NCBI GenBank assembly: GCA_002426795.1
Contig: DINQ01000011.1
Span: 41,525 to 105,524 of the forward strand
Direction: 5' to 3'
Source: Bacteroidales bacterium UBA5536
GTDB taxonomy: Bacteria; Bacteroidota; Bacteroidia; Bacteroidales; F082
Length of the DNA: 64,000 bases
This document shows, piece by piece, positions 56,668 through 64,000 of the stretch; the stretch's first letter is position 1; each line of letters opens with the position of its first letter. The notes under the pieces were generated by a model, which was not told the DNA's origin, did no database searches, and was given only the letters and a program-made list of their open reading frames with translations. The position numbers and the translations under genes were made by a program.

Positions 56668-57753
56668 CTAACGGTATATCTTAGGAATAGTTTCACCATT
56701 GATGACACGCAGGCCATTCATGGCCAGTGCTTTTAGTTCATCTTCGCCCGGATAAACATGCACTGGTGCTATCCTGTGAACACGCTCGATAATTTGATTT
56801 ACAAAGTACTTATCATGGGCAATTCCACCAGTAATCAGGATGCCGTCAACCTGGAAATACAATACTGTAGCCATGGCCCCAATTTCTTTTGCAACCTGGT
56901 AAGCCATAGCATTATAAACCAGCTCAGCTTGCTTGTCTCCGGCCTGAACTCTTTGCTCCACTTCGTAGGCGCTGTTTGTTCCCAGGTATGCAACCAATCC
57001 GCCTTCCCCCTTGATCATCCTGCCCACTTCTTTCAAAGTGTACTTTCCGCTGAAGCAAAGCTTTGCCAAAGCACCAACAGGCAGACTTCCAGTTCGTTCA
57101 GGTGAAAATGGCCCATCACCATCAAGACCCTGGTTTACATCAACCACACGACCTTTTTTGTGCGCTCCAACGGTGATTCCACCACCAAGATGCACCACAA
57201 TCAGGTTCATCTCTTCATATTTTCGCATGATGCTTTTGGCATGCTGCCTTGCCACTGCTTTTTGGTTGAGGGCGTGAAAAATAGATACACGAGGCAACAA
57301 CGGATGGCCCGATAAACGTGCGATGTCGTCCAGTTCGTCAACCACAACCGGATTGGCAATGAAAGCCTGTGCATCAGGGAGTGAATTGGCAATATCGAAA
57401 GCGATCAAACCGCCCAGGTTGCTTGCATGCTCACCAAGTGGACTATTGCGCAAATCGCGAAGCATGGCTTCGTTTACTGTATAAACCCCGGATTCTATAG
57501 GTTTAAGCAATCCACCTCGACCTACAACTGCGCGAATGCGATCTAGCTCGATATCAGATTCCTTGAGCTGATTCAGTATCAATTCTTTGCGAAACTGAAA
57601 TTGATCAGTGATTTTTTCAAAAGGCTCCAAATCCTCGGCCGAATGACGAATGGTTTTGATAAAAATCGGGTCAGTTCCTGAGAAAACAGCAAACTTGGTG
57701 GATGTTGAACCTGGGTTGATCGTAAGGATGCGAACGTCTTCCGGAATTGTCAT
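56668..57753 (-). CDS. buk: butyrate kinase
   Basis: 361 aa. ILTINPGSTSTKFAVF and VVHLGGGITVGAH are acetate/butyrate-kinase family motifs. Size and ptb adjacency favour butyrate kinase. Confidence 0.88.
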   Translation of the reverse strand: MTIPEDVRILTINPGSTSTKFAVFSGTDPIFIKTIRHSAEDLEPFEKITDQFQFRKELILNQLKESDIELDRIRAVVGRGGLLKPIESGVYTVNEAMLRDLRNSPLGEHASNLGGLIAFDIANSLPDAQAFIANPVVVDELDDIARLSGHPLLPRVSIFHALNQKAVARQHAKSIMRKYEEMNLIVVHLGGGITVGAHKKGRVVDVNQGLDGDGPFSPERTGSLPVGALAKLCFSGKYTLKEVGRMIKGEGGLVAYLGTNSAYEVEQRVQAGDKQAELVYNAMAYQVAKEIGAMATVLYFQVDGILITGGIAHDKYFVNQIIERVHRIAPVHVYPGEDELKALAMNGLRVINGETIPKIYR

Positions 57754-57797
57754 AAGCTTAGCTGTTTGCGCTGTCAGTATTTTTTATAAGCATCAAC

Positions 57798-58703
57798 TCA
57801 TTTGGCGGTTAATGCAGCAAGGGCAATTGAGTAGAGTTTTGTTTTGGTGCTGTCGCCACGCGATGAAAGCACGGCCGGAACCCTTGCTCCCACAACGATT
57901 GCGCCCTGTTCGCCACCAGCTAACTTGGTGTTCATTTTATAAAACACATTGCCCGATTCGATATTGGGGAACACAAGACAGTCGGCATCGCCAGCCACCT
58001 GGCCACCCACTTTCTTGATTTGTGCACTTTCGGGGTCGATGGCAACATCCAATGCCAAAGGACCATCTACCCAGGCACCTTTGATTTGTCCTCTATCGGC
58101 CATTTTTGAGATCAGTGCTGCATCAACACTGGATTGTATTTTAAATGAAACCTGCTCGCTGGCTGCTATTAACGCAACTTTTGGTTTTTCAATTCCAAGC
58201 GCGTGAGCTGTATTGATCAGGTAATTGGTGATGGCAATTTTTTCAGGCATTTCAGGAGCAGGCAAAATAGCTACATCACCAACAATCAACAGTTTATGAT
58301 AGTTCGGGTTTTCCAAAACAGTTACATGACTCAGAATTGCACCTTTGTTCATCAGCCCGTTTTCTTTGTCGAGAATAGCACGCATATATTTGTCGGTACT
58401 CACCAAACCTTTCATTAAAAGATTGCCCTGACCTTTGTTGATCAACTCTACAGCCTTGTATGCTGCTTTCATTTCATCCGGTTCGTGCACAATGGTAAAT
58501 TTATCCAACCCAATCTGGTGCTCCTTGCAAACTTTTTCTATTTCGTTTTTGTCGCCAACAAGCGTTCCGTCAACGAGTCCCATATCAATTGCCATGCTCA
58601 CGGCGCTGACAGAATGTTCATCATTTGCATATGCGGCAACGAGTACCTTTTTTTTGCTGCTGCGCAGCGCTTCAAACATTTGGTCGAGTTTGGTAATTTC
58701 CAT
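57798..58703 (-). CDS. ptb: phosphate butyryltransferase (PTA_PTB family)
   Basis: About 300 aa. C-terminal GDADCLVFPNIESGNVFYK is typical of PTA_PTB enzymes. It lies upstream of buk. The start is taken at MEITKLDQ (58703). Confidence 0.85.
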   Translation of the reverse strand: MEITKLDQMFEALRSSKKKVLVAAYANDEHSVSAVSMAIDMGLVDGTLVGDKNEIEKVCKEHQIGLDKFTIVHEPDEMKAAYKAVELINKGQGNLLMKGLVSTDKYMRAILDKENGLMNKGAILSHVTVLENPNYHKLLIVGDVAILPAPEMPEKIAITNYLINTAHALGIEKPKVALIAASEQVSFKIQSSVDAALISKMADRGQIKGAWVDGPLALDVAIDPESAQIKKVGGQVAGDADCLVFPNIESGNVFYKMNTKLAGGEQGAIVVGARVPAVLSSRGDSTKTKLYSIALAALTAK

Positions 58704-58800
58704 AAAATCAGGGTTATTGCGTTCTATTGTTAATTTCTTCACATGAATGCTGCAAAAGTAGGAATTTGACAGAAACCTCACAACCAGTCCGATGAAAAAA

Positions 58801-60072
58801 CTAATCCGAATAAAAATGAATCATGTTGACGATCGCTTTGTTACAAGCCTCGCAAAACACATCACCCTTAAATGTCTTCATCAGACAGTCGATTTTCGGC
58901 CTGTAAACCCCATGCGCCACATAACCTCCTCCTTCATAAACTCCCAGGATGGTCGCCATGCTGTCAGCGGCAGGCGTGGGGATTGGGGTTGAAGGATCCA
59001 TCATGGATTTCCATTTGCTGTCAAAATCGACCAGCGTAGTCAGGTTGGGCTCCCAGGGCTCAACATCCGGATTATAAAAGTCACTGTAAGAGGTAGATGA
59101 GTCGTAATATTCGTCGCCCAACCCAGCAAAAGCATGACCAAACTCATGTACAATGATTTTGGATGACAAGTCATTTCCACTGGCACTCAGGCTGTAAAAA
59201 TTGAAAATGCCGCCTCCACCATATTTTGTTGTATTGGCCAGGATATAAATCTGGTCGTAGGGAACCTGTCCGGCCAGATTGCGCACGGATTTATTGTCGT
59301 AAGTCATGCAATAGCGCTCGCTATCAAATGTATAAAAACTGCTTGAAAGTGCAGTTTCTGGCCAGTAATCATCAGCTGGCACCGCAATTCCGGTCTCAAA
59401 GGATGGCGCCAAAACTGCTCTGATGCGAAAGCGGTCTTTCAGTTGTTTGTAAGGTTCAAACTCGAGCAAACTCTCAGCCAAGCGCCGGCTGTCGTCGATA
59501 AATTTGCCCAGTTCATCCATGGTATAACCATCAGGTAAAATTACGATGTCGACAGCATGTGCCGGATCGGCCTTGCCAAAAACATCAAAAACAGGCCATT
59601 TTGCTTTTTTCACAGGCTGAATAAAATAATTGTCTGGGTCAATGTCCAGTCGAAAAATGGTATCCCATTCCCCCGAAAACAACCTGCTGTATAACAGCAC
59701 CTTTACTGGCATTTTCGGAAATGGCATGAGTAAGGTTTCGCTCAAACTCCGACTGGTAGTTTTAGCTTCCGGTGTTGTTTGCCATTCACCAAATAAGCTG
59801 CTGAAGCCACGCGAATAAATGCACTGCTTTGTTGTCGCATCGAAAACTTCGAAAAAATATTTCCCATACCGTAAAGTGTCGATCAGATTCGTTTTTGAGC
59901 CTCCCCAAAAGGCTTCTTCTGACAAAGATTCGATTGCAACCCATTCGCTGTTGCTAGTCCCGGCATGCACGTAATCAATCCGCAGACTGTGGCTGGTGAA
60001 AAGGCTGTCGAACTGCGCCTGGGTGGCAAAGGGAAGACAAACAAGCACAAGGAATAAAAATCTGGTTTTCAT
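58801..60072 (-). CDS. M64-family (IgA-peptidase-like) zinc metallopeptidase
   Basis: Signal peptide and IVHEFGHAFAGLGDEY (HExxH plus GLxDEY). Confidence 0.75.
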   Translation of the reverse strand: MKTRFLFLVLVCLPFATQAQFDSLFTSHSLRIDYVHAGTSNSEWVAIESLSEEAFWGGSKTNLIDTLRYGKYFFEVFDATTKQCIYSRGFSSLFGEWQTTPEAKTTSRSLSETLLMPFPKMPVKVLLYSRLFSGEWDTIFRLDIDPDNYFIQPVKKAKWPVFDVFGKADPAHAVDIVILPDGYTMDELGKFIDDSRRLAESLLEFEPYKQLKDRFRIRAVLAPSFETGIAVPADDYWPETALSSSFYTFDSERYCMTYDNKSVRNLAGQVPYDQIYILANTTKYGGGGIFNFYSLSASGNDLSSKIIVHEFGHAFAGLGDEYYDSSTSYSDFYNPDVEPWEPNLTTLVDFDSKWKSMMDPSTPIPTPAADSMATILGVYEGGGYVAHGVYRPKIDCLMKTFKGDVFCEACNKAIVNMIHFYSD

Positions 60073-60241
60073 GTGTAAATAATTTTGATTTCATAGGTCA
60101 AATAGAATATCTATGTTTTTTCATTCAAATTGGGCATATTACTATTCTTTTGGATATTTCATTTGACAAGATTTAGTTTGATGCTGTAAATTTATATTTT
60201 TTGATGTAACCAATCACAGCTTACAGCGTCATAAGTGCAGT

Positions 60242-60817
60242 ATGGAGCAAATCGACGATTTCAGTTGTATCGATCAGGTTCTAAAAGGCAACAAAAAGGC
60301 CTTTGGTATGCTTGTCGTAAAATACCAGGACATGGTTTATACCATTGCTTATCGGGTTTTGCAGCAACGTGAAGAGGCTGAAGATGTTGCACAGCAGGTG
60401 TTTGTAAAGGCTTTTCAAAAACTGGATTCGTTTCAGCGTACGGCACAGTTTTCGACATGGCTTTTCCGGATCGCCTACAATGCTGCCATCAGCGCACAGC
60501 GAAAAAAAGGGGCAATATCAGCGATACGCACCATTGAATTGAAGGAAAACCTGAAGGCAGCAGTTGAGTTTGAAGATGAAAGCAGCAGTGAAGACGAACT
60601 TGAGCAACTGGAACAAGCACTGGAACAATTGCCGGCTGCCGACAAGGGCATCATCAGTTTATACTATTTGCAACAGCAAAGCGTTGATGAAATAAGCCAG
60701 ATAACCGGACTGAGCCAGTCTAATGTCAAAATCAGATTGTTCCGTATCCGAAAAAAACTGCAGGAAATGATGCAGCGAGAAGTAAAAAAATCAACCAGAC
60801 TAAGCGTATTGCTATGA
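60242..60817 (+). CDS. RNA polymerase ECF-type sigma factor
   Basis: Region 2 (AEDVAQQVFVKAFQKLDSFQRTAQFSTWLFRIAYN) and region 4 (SVDEISQITGLSQSNVKIRLFRIRKKL). Confidence 0.9.
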   Translation: MEQIDDFSCIDQVLKGNKKAFGMLVVKYQDMVYTIAYRVLQQREEAEDVAQQVFVKAFQKLDSFQRTAQFSTWLFRIAYNAAISAQRKKGAISAIRTIELKENLKAAVEFEDESSSEDELEQLEQALEQLPAADKGIISLYYLQQQSVDEISQITGLSQSNVKIRLFRIRKKLQEMMQREVKKSTRLSVLL

Positions 60818-61221
60818 CACAGGACCAACATATCGACAAACTTTTACAGCAGCTCAGACTCGAAAAAGCACCTGAAGATTTTGCGCTCGACGTGATGAAA
60901 CAGATTGAGACATTGCCTGAGCAGAGCACCGTACAGCAAGAGATAAAGCCAGATCGGTATTTTCTGTTGCTAAGTCTCATCGCGGTAGCCATCACCTTAA
61001 TTTTCACTCTCGACCTAAGTTTTGTTTCAACCTGGATCAGCATGAGTAGCAGCCTGATCAATCAATTGCTCCAACCCAATCAGCATGAGCTCACCAAACT
61101 GCTGCAGACCATTCAAAGCCTGCCTTCACTTGCTGTGATTGTAGCTTTGGTGATCAGCGCCTTACTTGTCTTTGAAAATTTAATTTCAAAGAAAATATCA
61201 GACAAAAGCCTGTTGATGTAA
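60814..61221 (+). CDS. putative membrane anti-sigma factor
   Basis: 4-nt overlap with the ECF sigma gene. 135 aa with two TM segments. No conserved motif, so the call rests on context. Confidence 0.5.
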   Translation: MTQDQHIDKLLQQLRLEKAPEDFALDVMKQIETLPEQSTVQQEIKPDRYFLLLSLIAVAITLIFTLDLSFVSTWISMSSSLINQLLQPNQHELTKLLQTIQSLPSLAVIVALVISALLVFENLISKKISDKSLLM

Positions 61222-61258
61222 GCTTTAGACACGTGATTTTTTCGGTAAATTTGCTGAC

Positions 61259-62140
61259 ATGTTACCATTATCACTGGTCGGACCTATCGAAAAAATGCTC
61301 TCCATCCACCTGCAAAAGGAAGGCTTGATTACCCAAACCCAATCAGTTGGCGGGGGATCCATCAATGAGGCATGCCGGCTGCAATATGAGGGTGCCAGTT
61401 TTTTTGTCAAATGGAATCGGGCAGCAGCATTTCCGGAGATGTTTAAAAACGAAATAGACGGCCTTGAAGAATTGCGCACCGCCAAAGCAATCAGAATACC
61501 CGAAGTTATTGGCACAGGACATACGGAAACCACTGCATTTATTCTGATGGAGTACATTGAGCCTTCAAGACCAGTGAAAGGCTTTTGGGAATCGTTTGGT
61601 TATAATTTAGCATCCCTGCATCAAATATCTCAGCCTCAATTCGGAAACCATACATCCAATTATATTGGTTCATTGGCGCAGTCGAATCTACCACATGATG
61701 ACTGGGTTTCATTTTACTGGAATGAGCGACTTCTTCCACAGCTCAAAAAGGCAGAAAAGAATGGGCGAATCTCGGCTGCAATGCGCAAAAAATTCGACAA
61801 ACTATTTCTTCGTCTGCCCTCGCTGTTTCCCGTTGAACCTCCTGCCCTTTTGCATGGTGATTTGTGGAGTGGAAACTTCCTGTGCGACCGTAATCAACAG
61901 GCCGTTTTGATAGATCCTGCTGTGTATTATGGATTTCGTGAAATGGATTTGGCGATGACGAAACTTTTTGGGGGATTTGACAGTGCATTTTACGACGCCT
62001 ACCATGAAGCTTTTCCGCTCGAAAATGGCTGGCAAAGCCGCATCTATTTATGTAATCTTTACCCGTTGCTGGTGCATGTAAACCTTTTTGGAGGCGGCTA
62101 TGCGCACCAGCTTGATTATGCAGTTTCAAAATATATCTAA
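61259..62140 (+). CDS. fructosamine/ketosamine kinase family protein
   Basis: GGSINEACRL..., FFVKWN and LLHGDLWSGNF are kinase-fold motifs of the fructosamine kinase family. Confidence 0.85.
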   Translation: MLPLSLVGPIEKMLSIHLQKEGLITQTQSVGGGSINEACRLQYEGASFFVKWNRAAAFPEMFKNEIDGLEELRTAKAIRIPEVIGTGHTETTAFILMEYIEPSRPVKGFWESFGYNLASLHQISQPQFGNHTSNYIGSLAQSNLPHDDWVSFYWNERLLPQLKKAEKNGRISAAMRKKFDKLFLRLPSLFPVEPPALLHGDLWSGNFLCDRNQQAVLIDPAVYYGFREMDLAMTKLFGGFDSAFYDAYHEAFPLENGWQSRIYLCNLYPLLVHVNLFGGGYAHQLDYAVSKYI

Positions 62141-62280
62141 TCGACTTGATTCGGGCTGACTTTGATTTTTTGATTCATATCTATCAATATCCTCCTGCTC
62201 CTGATTGGTAATATGTGTGAAAAAGCCTTAATTTTGTCGGCTTGATTCGGCTATATTGAATCAATTTCAACACCTTGCAT

Positions 62281-63984
62281 ATGACCACAGATCACACCGA
62301 AGAATCCGGAAAAGAAAAAAAATCACTCAATTTTATTGAGGCCATCATAGAAGAAGATATCCAAAACCGCAAAAACGATGCACGGGTTCACACGCGCTTT
62401 CCGCCCGAACCAAACGGCTACCTGCACATCGGCCATGCCAAATCGATTTGCCTGAACTTTGGGTTGGCAGAGGAATACAACGGAAAATGCAACCTGCGTT
62501 TTGACGATACAAATCCTGAAAAAGAAGACACAGAATACGTTGACTCTATTATGGAAGACGTACGTTGGCTGGGTTTTCAATGGCACGGCCAGCACCTATA
62601 CGCTTCAGACTATTTTGACCAGCTTTTTGAGTGGGCCTTATTAATGATCCGCCAGGGCAAAGCCTATGTTGACGACCAGGCGCAGGATGTCATCAGCCAG
62701 CAACGCGGAACACCAACACGTCCGGGAATTGAAAGTCCATTTCGTAACCGTTCAGTTGAAGAAAACCTGGATCTTTTCATGCGCATGAAGGCAGGCGAAT
62801 TCCCCAACGGATCGCGTGTGTTGCGCGCCAAAATCGATATGGCCTCACCCAATATGCACATGCGCGATCCGGTGATGTACCGCATTCTTCATGCCGAGCA
62901 TCACCGCACAGGAAACAAGTGGAAAATCTATCCGATGTATGATTATGCACACGGACAAAGCGACTACCTCGAAGGCATCACCCATTCTTTGTGTACACTG
63001 GAGTTTGAAGTGCATCGTCCATTGTACGACTGGTTTCTCGATCAGGTAACTGAAAGTGCTTACCGCCCGCGACAGATTGAATTTGCCCGCCTCAACCTCA
63101 GCTATACAGTGATGAGTAAGCGCAAATTGCTCGAATTGGTCAAAAAAGGTTATGTAAACGGCTGGGACGATCCACGCATGCCTACCATTGCAGGTATGCG
63201 TCGCCGTGGTTATACACCAGCTTCGTTACGTGCTTTTGCTGACCGGATTGGCGTTGCCAAGCGCGATAACACCATCGACGTGGGATTGCTTGAATTTATG
63301 GTGCGCGAAGATTTGAATAAGATTACGCCCCGTGTGATGGCCGTGCTCGACCCGGTAAAGCTTATCATCACCAATTATCCTGACGGACAAACCGAAGACA
63401 TTGAACTCATTAACAATCCCGAAGATGCTGATAGCGGAAGCCGAATGGTTCCTTTTGGCAAAGAGTTGTTCATTGAGCGCGATGATTTCATGGTTGATCC
63501 ACCCAAGAAATTTTTCCGCCTTGGCCCAGGAAGACAAGTCAGACTCAAAGGCGCTTATGTGATTCAATGTGAAAATTTTGAACTGGATGAGCAAGGACAG
63601 GTATCCACGATCTACTGCACATATGATCCCGAAACAAAGAGTGGTTCGGGCAGCAGCCAACCCAAAGTAAAAGGGACTTTGCACTGGGTTGATGCTTCAA
63701 AAGCCATTGATGCCGAAGTTCGGCTTTACGATCGTTTGTTCAGCGACGAAGATCCTGCTGGACATAAAGAACAGGATTTCCTTGAGTTTCTGAATCCTGA
63801 CTCCCTTAAAGTGTTGCAAAACTGCAAACTTGAGCCCATGCTTGCTACTGCAAAAGCAGGAGAAAAGTTTCAGTTTCAACGCATTGGCTATTTCTGTGTT
63901 GATCCTGACAGCAAAACAGACAAGCCGGTATTTAACCGCACAGTATCATTAAAAGACAACTGGGCGAAAATGAACCAGCAATAA
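62281..63984 (+). CDS. glnS: glutamine--tRNA ligase
   Basis: [17 protein letters not shown] (HIGH), VMSKRKL (KMSKS) and C-terminal anticodon-binding beta-barrels. The ATG at 62281 is preferred over the TTG at 62275. Confidence 0.93.
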   Translation: MTTDHTEESGKEKKSLNFIEAIIEEDIQNRKNDARVHTRFPPEPNGYLHIGHAKSICLNFGLAEEYNGKCNLRFDDTNPEKEDTEYVDSIMEDVRWLGFQWHGQHLYASDYFDQLFEWALLMIRQGKAYVDDQAQDVISQQRGTPTRPGIESPFRNRSVEENLDLFMRMKAGEFPNGSRVLRAKIDMASPNMHMRDPVMYRILHAEHHRTGNKWKIYPMYDYAHGQSDYLEGITHSLCTLEFEVHRPLYDWFLDQVTESAYRPRQIEFARLNLSYTVMSKRKLLELVKKGYVNGWDDPRMPTIAGMRRRGYTPASLRAFADRIGVAKRDNTIDVGLLEFMVREDLNKITPRVMAVLDPVKLIITNYPDGQTEDIELINNPEDADSGSRMVPFGKELFIERDDFMVDPPKKFFRLGPGRQVRLKGAYVIQCENFELDEQGQVSTIYCTYDPETKSGSGSSQPKVKGTLHWVDASKAIDAEVRLYDRLFSDEDPAGHKEQDFLEFLNPDSLKVLQNCKLEPMLATAKAGEKFQFQRIGYFCVDPDSKTDKPVFNRTVSLKDNWAKMNQQ

Positions 63985-64000
63985 TAGCAATATTAGTGCT

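Overview
This is a chromosomal segment from a Bacteroidota-type genome. The phylum call rests on three proteins with T9SS C-terminal sorting domains, many lipoprotein signal peptides, several TAnnTTTG -7 promoter boxes and little use of Shine-Dalgarno sequences. Most of the window is housekeeping and envelope genes: lnt, a dus-family gene, tyrS, lysS, glnS, buk-ptb, tatA, two lytic transglycosylases, L,D-transpeptidases, a TetR-TolC-HlyD-ABC efflux operon, two-component systems and an ECF sigma/anti-sigma pair. I found no tRNA, rRNA, integrase or transposase.

The one clearly accessory module is a complete type II-C CRISPR-Cas locus at about 4984-13739. It holds a divergently encoded tracrRNA candidate with its own promoter and terminator, an unusually large cas9 (1534 aa from the ATG at 5097), cas1, cas2, a 133-nt leader, and 40 identical 36-nt repeats plus one degenerate terminal repeat (40 spacers).

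The most interesting points:
- Cas9 carries an insertion of about 300 aa, made of four tandem modules, between the W-G-L helix and the RuvC-III motif.
- The tracrRNA gene looks like a captured CRISPR repeat whose distal half now forms a consensus Bacteroidota promoter.
- A phase-locked 21-bp tandem repeat lies just upstream of the locus.
- An NtrC-type two-component system is followed by a candidate -24/-12 promoter and an L,D-transpeptidase cluster.
- Several large secreted T9SS cargo proteins are present, including a PPAD/agmatine-deiminase-family enzyme.

All functional calls come from motif reading by eye. No database search was run.
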